64,000 nt of DNA, from assembly GCA_001949185.1 (NCBI GenBank), contig BDGG01000001.1, forward strand, positions 8,750,721 through 8,814,720, in the 5' to 3' direction. The notes under the pieces are model-generated. The model saw nothing but the letters and a program-made list of their open reading frames with translations, was not told where the DNA came from and did not search any database. The DNA is from Ramazzottius varieornatus. Its lineage: Eukaryota > Animalia > Tardigrada. Below are positions 26,025 through 37,734 of the stretch, in pieces (the stretch's first letter is position 1; each line of letters starts with the position of its first letter). Position numbers and translations under genes: made by a program.

Positions 26025-27089
26025 TTACATCTGACAAGTTTTTCCAGCTGTTCGACGTCTCGGAAAAATTGAAACCTCATTGTTCGATTGTCGCTATAGC
26101 CAAAGTTCCTTAGTTTTACGAATCAGGTATTTTAGAAAAAAAGAAATGTTGGCCTTATAATTAGATGCATCAGATGGTCTTTCAGATGGCCCAAAAAATA
26201 CTGTTTGACCGAGAGGGAATTTTTTTTGGTGAAAGAAATCACCACGCTTCGTGGGAGACCTTCTCAAACTATTCCCGAGGAGCTCGAAAACAATACTCAG
26301 CGGCCGTATGCATGCCGAGGGGATGAAGAACGAAAACAGCCTTGTAGCATCCCCTTCCTCCACAATCTACTTCTGGCAGACCAGTGTTCCATTACACAGC
26401 AACACCAAAATTCGGATGATGATTAAAAATTTGAAAGCAAAAAGCAATGGAAAAACTAACCTCCAAGAGAGATATCATAAATTCAGTACGACGTTGAACT
26501 GACATGGAGGAAATGAAATCTCGTCAAAGTTACACTGGATTCAACGTTTACGCCGACCAAAAGATCCGAGGGTATTGAGACAGCCAACGCTGATATATCG
26601 AGGAACTTTTGGTGAAAATCTGTAAACGCTACAAAGCGATATGAAAGGACAATATTTTGGTTGTGAATGCAGAAGTTCAAGTGTAGATGGTGGATGGTGA
26701 TATAAGGAGGAGGAAGGTTTACAGAGATGGCCGCTGTGTGAGCTGGCGAAGGAGATATGGGTGTGTTCACTGTCTTCACAGGTTGGATGGTTTTATGGCT
26801 CTTAAAATTAATGATTATGGTTATGGCTAACGATAATGGTTCTTCGCCACGACAATGAAAGTTTCATTTTCCCTCACACATCTGCCTTGCTCGACGTGAA
26901 CATGACTGCACTATCCATATCACTTTCACCTACCTGCATTCACTTGACAAAAATTAGACTTATCACTTTTATGTACTGTTAGGTTCTTCGATTGATGATC
27001 ATTTCGTCACGTATGAAACACACCAATTACACATTTTATTGTGAAAATCTACAGTCGGAAAAACGTCCTGGTCATCAATTTCATATGGG

Positions 27090-27434
27090 ATCGAGAAACA
27101 AACTCAGCAAGACCATTTTTCCAAGCGGCGCAGGCTTCCGGTCCATTACACTGTCACGCGCGGCACTAAAAAATAATTTTTTGAAGTCCGTCAAGTGGCA
27201 CACTGTCTCAGCCAAGAATATTACGAACGTGCGCCACTTGGGAAAACAAACTCGAGCGATTCGTTCTTCCAAGTGGCGCATGCATACAGTCAATATCACC
27301 AAGAATGTGCGTCTCTCTGGAAATTAACTAATCTCGACAGGATTGGTATTTCAGGTGGCACAAGCTTTTAGCCCATGACACAGACAACGTGCGCGACTCG
27401 GAATAACAATCTTTTCGACTTTGTCTGCCGAGCT
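27090..27434. repeat. Family A palindromic module, 4 units
   Basis: Four tandem arm pairs ending GTCTGCCGAGCT; upstream of Dfd. Confidence 0.9.
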
Positions 27435-28837
27435 CCCGTATATGCCGTATGAGTACGTGAGGGACTTTGGTGGTATTATTTTAACATGGCCTTTTTTCTT
27501 AGGCAGTCAAAAAGTCGTCGACATGTTGCAACGTTACAGTCTGAAAGAATATTAATGCGACAGCGCGCATCAAGCTGAGAGCTCGCAATAGCGTGGCTCG
27601 TTAAGGAATTCTAGGGTAGGAAGTATGCTTGACAAACAGTGGCCACTGATTGAAGCGACAGCGCTAGCTGTAACGTCGTCGTCGAGCTTCAAAGATAAGA
27701 CACAGAGAAGAAAAATATATCTTTGGCCGTTCAAGCTTACAGCTCCGAGTTCCTTCTTTTGCGAGTCGAATGTGCCCGTCTAATAACATGGTGGATGCAG
27801 AGCCAGTACGACACGCTTGCCTTCCTCCAATAATCAATCCCGGTTACAGCGGCGCAGTACACGTATACTGATGACGTCCTCTTTGCAATGATCCATTTGC
27901 ACTAATGGCGATCCCGAGCGGAAGACTTTCCTCTTTCCTCTGCTTCCTCCTTCAGCCGGCGCAACTGTGTCGCTGCACCACTCGGCGGTAGTTGTGTCAT
28001 CTATCTGCCCATTTCGCTCCAGCTCTCTTGCACTGACGATGCCATTTTCTTCCACCTGTAAATAGTCCGACTGTTCGTCGGTGATATTCAGTATTCAGTC
28101 GGGAAGAAGAGCATTCGGTTCGCTTTCGGAAGTCATCCATTTGGAACTAACGATCATCAGCGTTAAACTTTGCTGCATGCCTCTTCTTCAGTTCGTAAAA
28201 AGAAATCGAGTCATAACTTTGCACGGAATGTTAAAGCTGACTTTAAGTATCCATTTATGATTATTATTTATTACTTATTCATCTCTGCACATTTCCCATT
28301 GGCCTTTTTGACACCGAGGAAGGCAAATCGCTGCTGCATAGCCAACAACTTGTGGTTATAATCATAATCATCATCATTATCATCAACATAAGAATTTAGC
28401 CAGACAGGAAACGGCAACTGGACCTCGCTTCTTCCTCGTCACCACTATTAATAATCCCATCAAGTGAAACTTCAAACTCCAACTCACTCCAAGGAGAATC
28501 GCCGGTAGGTGAATGTGCAACCTGACCTTCGGCTAGAAATTCCAGTTTTCTTGTTGATGGTCTCGCTCTGTCACTCAAGCATGTAGCCTACCATGATATT
28601 CACTATCGCCTTCTTTTTACCTCAAACTTGTGGTCTACTCTGGCCACATGTTCGGCTGCATGCAGCGTGACGCAAACCGGCCGGTTAACCTTCGGGTCCG
28701 CCGTGCGCCATTTCCGTTTCACAGCCTGCAAAAGAGAAACAGCTGACTGAGACATCTTACACAACGTCACAGATACTGTGGACCAACTTTCGAATCTAAA
28801 CTTTCAAAATGTCATTCGGACGAGAATGGAATTGGAC

Positions 28838-29010
28838 CTCGACTCGATAGTCAGTCCAAGTGGCGTGTCCCAACGGGTAGTGGCACAGGAAACGTGCGCC
28901 ACTTCAGAAAAACAATTAAACGCGGCGAGATCGGTTTTCCCAAGAGACGCACGCTTGCGGTCAATAACATTGGTAATGCGCGCCGCTCGGTGGAATATCC
29001 TTGTCGTGAT
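28838..29010. repeat. Family A palindromic module, 2 units
   Basis: Arm pairs with a 25-nt spacer; upstream of Dfd. Confidence 0.85.
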
Positions 29011-29396
29011 TGTTCACCGAGTTCCCAGAATAACTTGGACCACATCTTTTAGCTAAGAATGTCTTCCAAACGTCATATTGAATATTTGGAATAACATTTT
29101 GAATTTCTCGTTCGTCGTATTTCGAGCAAAAGGTCTTTTGCATAACATCATTTTTCATCGAGTGTCTAAAATGGTTTTGTCGAGCTGCATGTTGAAGACC
29201 TCAGTACTGTTTAGTCGTCGAATATTTCGCTGTCTGCACGTATATTATTTGATCGTCAATCAAGCTGCGCAAACTAGCTCTACGACTTTTTGCCAGCTAC
29301 TCTTGACCAAAACGGCCAACATCACAAATGCCCCAGGGTTCGCTACAAGATGATGTTTTGCCTTGTTACAGCGCGCGATATATCTTCATCGGGGCC

Positions 29397-31268
29397 ATGT
29401 ATCAGAGCGCAATGGACCCCTTCTGCATGCCGCACGCTTACCCACCGACTCCCGCACCCACATCGTACGGAGCAGCAGCCGCAGCCGCAGCCGCCAGTTA
29501 TTACCCGACTGCCAGCAACATCAATGGAGGTCACGGAGCAAGCTCCAGTGCCGCAGCTGTTTACCATCCATATCACCATCACGGCAGCTACGGCAGCGTC
29601 AACCCTTATCAGTATCATAACAGCAAAACATTCTCTCAACATATCGATTCATCAACCGTGTCAGCCTCAGCTCCTGTCCACCACTTCTGGCCTCCCGTCT
29701 CGCCCTACAATCCACCTTCGGAGAATACTCCAAATTTTGCGACCCCATTTTCGACCGCATCGAACTCACCCACCAACAACCCATATGACTATCCTACAGC
29801 CACATCCATCAACCAAGCGCACAGCCCACACCATGTCTCGGTCCTGCAGTCAACGCGAGTCTCGCCAAAAGGTCACCGCTTCGACAGCCACGAACCCAGC
29901 TTCCCTTTGCTGCCCAAACCTGTCGAGGAAGAGATGGAGAGTGAGGATGGTTCGGAGAGTAGCCTCAACTCGCAGTTTGTCCAGGTCAAAACGGAAGGCC
30001 ACACTGGCGACCTCCAGCAGGAAGTCAAAGGTGAAGCTGGTACCAAAGCCAATCAACCAATCATTTACCCCTGGATGAAGAAATCCTACACCGGTCAACA
30101 TGTTGGTAAGTCCAAAATTTAATCATTATTAACCACAAAACGTAGGAAATATTAAACATAGTGATAAAAGATAAATGATAAAATTTGGGTTTATAAATGG
30201 AAAACTAATCGAAAGATTGATTTCCTGGAAAGACTTTGAGCAAGATTAATGATGGCCAGTACTTTCTGCATAAATACTTTTAGCATTTGGGGGACTTTGC
30301 ATGTTGGCTGGATATTAATGGTGCACTTTGGTAAGGCGATGTCAGAGCAAGAGCGATACAATATACTGGTATTCTTGACAGATGCCTGCCAACGTGGGAG
30401 CCAAAGTAACGGCGGGCAGTATTCCAGTTGCGGCAGCCCCGATAAAGGTTCCAACGGCAGCGGCGGAAGTGGCCTGGATAACGGTCTTCGCTGCGGATCG
30501 ATCGGACCCGGCCATAACGCTCAACATGGCCAGGATATTAAACGGCAACGCACAGCTTACACTCGACACCAGATCCTCGAACTTGGTAAGGCAACAGTTC
30601 TAAAAGTGTCATCTCCCTGTTCAGTAACGAAAGGTCATGCGCTGATCAAATGGCAGCTCGCCAAACAAACTCGGCAAGATTGTTTTCTCGAGCGGCGCAT
30701 TGTTACAGTGTTTATGGCTAAAATCGTGCGCCACTTGGGAAAAACGAACCGAAAGAGGTTACTTTCCCAAGTGGCGCATATATCCGATATCGCAGGCTGG
30801 AAGCTTAAGCCACTCAGAAGAAAAATCTTGTTGAGTTTCGCCTAAGTCAAAAAATGCTTGTGGCGGCTGGTTCTCGCAAGGAACATTTTGGAATTTATTC
30901 TGCTTATAGAGAAGGAGTTTTTGTACAGCAAGTACTTGACGAGAAGACGGCGGATCGAAATTGCCCACGGACTTCAGCTGACGGAACGACAGATCAAAAT
31001 ATGGTGAGTTGAAGTTGGTCAAATTTTCGAACAGCCATCGAAAGCCACTCGTTTGCTCCTGGTAGCGTGGTGAAAAAAAATGTAGTAGGGCCCCAGTATT
31101 AGGATCTGTGCTGATGGTCAATGGATTTGCAGGTTCCAAAACCGTCGAATGAAGTTTAAGAAGGACAATAAATTGCCCAACACCAAGCCATCAAGTAATA
31201 ACCATCACCATCAAAATCATTTTATGGCCGCGACGCAGCACACCCTTCACAATGGCCAGCCATACTAA
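29397..31268 (+). CDS. Dfd: Hox paralogy group 4 homeobox protein (Deformed)
   Basis: Exons 29397-30105, 30382-30585, 30910-31003, 31133-31268. Contains IIYPWMKK and homeodomain [60 protein letters not shown] followed by the Hox4-diagnostic KLPNTK. An upstream exon is possible (acceptor at 29371). Confidence 0.93.
30656..30845. repeat. Family A palindromic module, 2 units
   Basis: AGCTCGCCAAACAAACTCGGCAAGA cap; inside the first homeobox intron of Dfd. Confidence 0.92.
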
Positions 31269-34200
31269 ACTGGAATCTTGACGGCTCCTCAACTTCAAAC
31301 GGCGGACCAGACGACAAAATGAGGAGTTCGTCTGATGAACGAAGCAACGAATGTTATTTCCATAGGATGGGTCTGTAATGTCAAGACTAATTTGTTTCTT
31401 GCCGTTCGTGATTTGATTTGAGCAGCTTCTTGACTGTGCCAAATGCGTTTCATTGCGGCAGTTCCCGTTCTAATTTTGATTTTTAATTTTGTTCGATTTA
31501 GTGCTTCTAGCATAGTGTCACTGCAGGTCATGACAACGAATATTCTCAAGCATTCTGATGTTGGCAGTTACCTCCATGTTTTCTCCCACAACGTCAGCAG
31601 AAATGTACAGCTATGCGTCTCTTTGTAAAGGGCATGGTTAAGTTCACCTCTCATCAAACTTCCTGATACCGTTTACCTGGCACATATGCCGCACCCTCGC
31701 ACGCAACTGTATCGTTAAAACTTCGTTAGAAAATCATTATACCTGTGACAACACGCACACCTGAATTTACACAATATCAATACGGATGCAGCCTTATCGA
31801 GACTGTCGAATATCTTTTTTAGTTTTGCTAAAACTTTAAACACGGCAAAAAGGTCACGCGGGTTCTTCAGACCGTTGTCCTCAACAATTCGAAGACAAGG
31901 GTCATACGGACAGTAGTCTGCGCCTATGCAGCGAGAAATATCCTGTACACAAACAAAGGAAATATTAGAGAAAGATTCATCTTGTGGGTTAAAGTGGCTG
32001 GTTGAAGACGGCAGCTGACGCCGAGAACTACGGTACATGCATATTGCTGATGGAACAAGTCGACAGCCACTGCCTTCCTCTTCCCCCACGCACCATTATC
32101 GTTAAAAGGTCATTAATCACAGACAGAACAAAATTGTTATTGCAAAATGCGAGCCAGCCTGCACACGAGGCTACAATCAGACATGCCGCTACCATACAGA
32201 ATATTCTACGGTACCCTTGTGACCGTACAGCACAGTAAATGCCTTCCGGAAATATTAGAAGCCAGTGTACAAGAACACAGTAAAGTAGATTGCTGAAAGT
32301 TCCATCCATCAATCCCCCATTATTTATCGTGGAATGGCTACGACCTGCAAAAGCGCCAACGTCCAAAACACAACATACATAATTTCAGTAGTCATGAAAG
32401 CTCGAGTGCCGACAAGGTATTTTCCATCTATTAGTTATTATCAAAAATTTTCGTGGCTTTTCTAGCCATACAGATTTCGACGTAAGTAGTCATACGCAGT
32501 CATCAGCATTAATTTGACCGTTTACAGTGAGAACTCGGCCTTGTCGGAGCAAGACTGATCATCACTATCACACTAAATCACCGTTAGTTTTTATCGACGA
32601 TACAATTTGCCATCAATCCCTTCGTTCATCTGTGTACAGTAACTACAGTTCTACAGCTGACTACACCAATAGTTTATTATCCACTTCGGAAAATTTGGAA
32701 CTGTTTTTGGGCGTCTTGCAATCATCAGAGAACAGGCAAAATTTCGGCTCAGTAGTGCGAAGTAACTTCGGAGAACCTCTTTCCCTACCAAACTTAATGT
32801 CTCTATTTCTTTTTGGTCTACAAAGTAAATTTGATTTTTTTCTCTGGCTGTCCAAAGTTTCATCTGCCTAGAGGAAATAAAGCTTAATGACCAATCCGAC
32901 CTTAACGAGCCGGCATTTCACGAAGGGGGGACGAGGGCCCATTAGCGGCATGTCGTGGATATTGCACCAAAATGATGGCTGCCTTGGTACACTATACGGC
33001 ATGGTGGATTTATTGGAGGGACCGGGGACCAATAAACGCTTTACCTACAGTGGCTAATGCTTTTTGTCTGCCGTGAATTGACAAAGCGTCCGCCGTCCCA
33101 AAGCGACTCCACATCTTTGTCCCTTAATCGACACTTGGTCCAAGTCAAGCAACGTCACCTCATGTAACGAGGCGGCCCTCACTGTCTTCCCAAAGGTCTA
33201 ATGAAGTAATTAGCTCCAATGCAACAAACACAACGATTAGTCGCCATCCTTGTCCTCCCCAACGCCATCCATAGCCAACCATAAAAAACCCCATAAAGTT
33301 CACTAATGATCTGATTGCATGTGTGCCATAGCTGCAGCAAAGATGGCCTTTGGCTGCGGCTCTCCTCGATTAGGACATCTGCGGTCATTTGCTTTGCTTG
33401 CCCATTCTCTCCCTCTTTTGTCAGTTTACGACCAGAGCACGGCGCTTTTTTTGATCATCCAGTGCAGCAAATTCCACACACCGCAAACGTTCAACCTGTT
33501 TTTGGTGTACGTAACTGTTTTCGAAAATTTGAAAACCGACGATTTTTCTTTCTCGCCAGGGAAGCGCACTTTTACTCATTCGGTTTAATCATTTTAAAAT
33601 TTATAAATTGAAGCTAATTATTCTTCGGGATATGAGAGAGCTCGAGAGGGGCATTCATGAGAGGGAAATGAGCAGACTAGCTCTCATAATGAACCATTTT
33701 ATACTTCCGCTTTACTTTGTGTCTAATGCCAAGATGTTGTCCAGCACGATGGCTGTCAGTGGCGACAGTTTTCGAAACTATCGATCTCGTCTCACCGCCG
33801 ATGGCGAACGGTGCCGCCCGTTGAGCAAGCTACCATGTGTTATGCTAGCATTATGTGCACAGCGCTGAGCAAGAGCGATAGCAGGTTTCCGGCAACCGCC
33901 AAAGTTTAAAGACAAGCTTTTCCTTATTGGAAGTCTATACAGAGCCAAAGCTTTGAGGGTCTTCAGCATTTACCAACCTTGGAAAGCCCGCTGTCGACTA
34001 CTCATGGACCATCACACAGCAGATGGATACAAAGGTGTCCGGGAACCGGGAAATGGAGGAGAATCGGCAGTCGATAATCCAGTTTGGAGGGATTGGAAGG
34101 TTCCGTCTATGGAACAACCTCAGCAGACGTTTGTAATTTGGTTCATCCATATGCATACAGCATCCGCAAAGCCAAACTAGAATCCCGTCTTCCTGTGCCG

Positions 34201-35173
34201 AAACCAATTCTGAGAAAAGTGTGACGATATGGTCGATATCAGTGCGTAAGTTGCCATGAGTAAAGATAAGCCTTCTTTGTCCACTTGTTCTCAGCGGCCA
34301 CGTTCAAGTTTAAAAGTGCTATCGATCATGGACAGTGGTCGCCAGCCTTGACTACTACGTATACGGTATACTGCAGGCAGCTAACCCCAAGTTCGATACA
34401 ATCTGGCACATAAGGTGGTCACCGCTGCTGGATACCCCAGCTAGCATACTAGAAAGTTCCACGGGTCGAAATGGTATCGCACCATCGTGCAGTAGTCGAC
34501 TGTGAAAATGTCTTCTGTCGTTTTGTTTCAAGCCTTGAAGAAGAGGTGTATGTGTATGTATGTATGTGAGGCCTATGTCCATAACTCTTAAAATTAATGA
34601 TAATGGCTACATATAACGATAATGATTATGATGCACCGATCAACGCCAGCGACCAGCAGAAGAAGAATAAAGCTAAAGTCAAATTTATGACTGGCGCTCC
34701 TCACAACTTCCTGGTGCGGTACTGCTACAGAACTGGATCTGTCCTTGATGGTCATGGATATGGCCAGTCTTCAACCAAGCCATGCATGGCCATCATAATT
34801 AGCCAACGGACAAGTTGATGAAACATCTTGGGAAAGGAGTCCATTAAAACTTCTCCCATTAGCGCGACCTTTGAAGATCCAACTGCAGCTGCAACGATGG
34901 ATCCCCATGTCAGACTGAGAATGGTACGGCTCGCCACGAAACGATAGGTACTCACAGCAAGCCGTCTCGTCAGTTCATGACGTCACGCAGAAATCATTCA
35001 CGGCAGGCCTGAGGACCCGGCCCTGCAAGACTTGGCCTTGATGGAGTCCTCTCCTATCAAGGCCGTGCCTCATGCCTGATTGACGGGATTTTCCAGATTT
35101 CAGATCTTCCTCCAGCTTTCAGAGTCCAGACTGAAAACGCCAAGTTCTTCACGCCGATCATTCAGCAGGAAGG

Positions 35174-37167
35174 ATGGCCTCCCAACTGGGAATGGGACTG
35201 GATCACCTGTCAGTCAACATCAACCGCTACGCAGACCAATATCTCGGTCCTGCCAAACCGTACTTTGCTGCTTTTGGAGCTTTGTCCGCCGGCTTCGTTG
35301 GGATCACAGCCGCCTACCAAGTCGCTAAAGGCTTTACTTCCTACTGCCTAGCTGAACCCTTAGCTCTTGGCATTAACGTTCGTGATTACGGAGAATGGGC
35401 AGGTAGGTACGGACTGTTTTTGGTCCTGGGAACGGTGAGCGCGTCAGAACTCATTCCCTTGCACGTCGGCGAGCAGTCTATGACGTTAACGGTAGCAAAC
35501 GCTGTTGCAGAATCGTCCCCATGTTGTTATACGTGGCTCTGATGACGTCATGCGCCACTTGGTATGTTTAATGTACGGATTTTGTTTTGCTTACAGTCGT
35601 CACCGGAGCGAACGCTGGAATTGGCAAGACTTACTGCATGGAGGTAATTAACGAGCTTCAGTGTTTGGGAAGTTAGCGGAATATTTGTGCAATGAATTCT
35701 TGTCCAGGGAACAAATTCAGTTGATGCTTTCCCCTTGCAGCTGGCTCGCCGTGGGCTGAACATCATCCTGATTGCTCGCAATGAGGAAAAGTTGAACGAA
35801 GCAGCTCGTGATATCGGTAAGTGATTACAGCCCGCGTAGTCCTGATGTAGTATGAACCTGTTTTGTCTTTCAGAGCTAAGTTGTCATGTGAAGACAAAAG
35901 TGATCGTGGTCAACTTCGCGGAACATGACGTCGAGATGTACAACGACATCCAGCTGCAGCTGACAGGCTTGAAAATTGCCGTTCTAGGTAAGACTGAACG
36001 AAGTTGTTGTTTCCCTGCCCTATGGGTGAGTGTATGTTCCCGTTTGTCCCTAGTCAACAACGTTGGAGGAGGAGGTGACGAAGACCTCTTTTTGCAGTTT
36101 CCACCGGACAACCAGGTAAGCTGCCTCTGCGCACTAATCCAGACAGCACAGCAGAGCACTGAATCGGCCCTTCTTTCTTAGGGTTTACTACCTTTGTCTT
36201 TTTACAGGGCTGCTTAGACATGATCAACTCGAATGCGACATCTTGCGTCCTAGTAAGCGACCTGGGCAAATGACCCCCAAAACTCTATTGCCATTTTGCA
36301 ACTGAATGTCTTCGTAGATGACGAGGTTGATCTTGCCCGGCATGGTTACCCGAGGGAAAGGCATCATCATTTGCATCTCTTCCGTGTGAGTTGAACATTG
36401 CAACTGAGTTCGGCTTTTCGTACGGTAGGAGTGCAGGCTCTTATCTTGTTTTCTGTGTCTTTTAGATATGGCGATATTCCTACTCCCAAAGCCGCTCTAT
36501 ATTCAGGCACAAAAGGTAAGAACAAGATACTCGCTACATGGAAGCTCGATCAGCAAACTCGACAATGTAGTTATTCCAAGTGGTGCAGTTTCTCAGCCAA
36601 TAATACTGACGTTGTGCGCTGAGTACTTGGAGCAAAACGATCAGACTCCACAAGATCGTTCTTCTGAATGGTGCATTCTTCCAGCCAATGATACGGGAAG
36701 CGTGCGTCACTTGAAAAACAGCCTTGCCGTGTTTGTTTGCCCACCTCCCACATGACGAATTTTATATTCAACTTCATTTGCTATTGCAGCATTTATTGAT
36801 TACTTCGCCGCTGCGTTAAAAGAAGAGTACGCCGAAAGGGGCATTGTGGTGCAGGCGAGTATTTGAAGCAGAGGTTTGATCGGGCTCTGCGTCCAAAACT
36901 TTTGTCATTGCATTGCAGTGTGTGATGCCGGGCGCCGTAGACACCAAGATGTTACAGGAAGAGCATAAGCAGTCCTTTTGGTGCGTCCCTCCAGAAGTCT
37001 TCGTCCCAGCAGCCTTGGCTCAGCTGGGCGTTCGAACGCGAACCTACGGTAAGCTTCATAACGGAAGTTTTCATACCGTTGGTAACGAGATGGTATTGCT
37101 TTTCACAGGTCACTGGAAGCACGCTTTCCACATGAAGTTGCGCAAGACCATCCCCGGGATGCAGTGA
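35174..37167 (+). CDS. SDR, 17beta-HSD12 / very-long-chain 3-oxoacyl-CoA reductase-like, paralogue 2
   Basis: YGEWA|VVTGANAGIG, LARRGLNIILIAR, VNNVG, AALYSGTK (YxxxK), VMPGAVDT, RTYGHWKH. Shares LGPAKPY with paralogue 1; ~12 exons. Confidence 0.9.
35495..35565. repeat. Family A palindromic module, degenerate
   Basis: ATGCGCCACTTGG right arm; SDR paralogue 2 intron 1. Confidence 0.5.
36543..36742. repeat. Family A palindromic module, 2 units
   Basis: AGCTCGATCAGCAAACTCGACAA cap and GTTTGTTTGCC end; SDR paralogue 2 intron. Confidence 0.88.
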
Positions 37168-37734
37168 CTGAAATGAGACGTCTTGACAGATTTCAGAGTC
37201 AGACAGTCAACCAAGCAGCTCTTATCATAGGTAACTGAAAATTAACGCTTCTGTGGAGTGAACACATCTATTTATGTTGATATTTCATCTTAAATATTTT
37301 ACTTCCTTCTTGCGCCTTTCTTCAAAGTTCGTCATCTGGTCGATGACTTTCCTTTCTCATCTCCATCTCATCTGGTAGAATGGAGGTCTTTCATGTCTTA
37401 ATTATTGGTCTGTGTGGGTTGGGGTGTTTGAATGGAAGCCTGACAAGCCGATCTTGGAGCTGTTGCCAAGATCTAACTGAAACTTGCAAAGCGCAATAGC
37501 GCTTCGAATGCTCTAAGGATTGGTAGCTTGATTGGTGATGTTTGGAGACGTAGCTCGTGATCATCGACATATTCCATCTAGCAAACAAGCTTTTCTTCTT
37601 TAAGTAGCTGTAAAATGTCAGCTTTCCATCGCATCCCGAATATCTGAACGGAATATATCCTGCTTGGCTTACAAGGAGCTGGATTTCTATTGGTAATTTG
37701 TGCTTGTTACCAAATCGGAGAAGTGGGATGATAG

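Noticed and set aside
27090-27434. CRISPR-like reading of family-A arrays (palindromic ~57-bp repeat alternating with fixed-length variable spacers)
   Set aside because: The context is eukaryotic and intronic, arrays have only 1-4 units dispersed at ~41 loci, no cas genes are present, and spacers share a common ancestral consensus rather than being unique acquisitions.
30656-30845. Family A as a classic introner that supplies its own splice sites
   Set aside because: Arrays sit tens of bases inside the introns with unrelated flanks, and their ends do not coincide with GT/AG.
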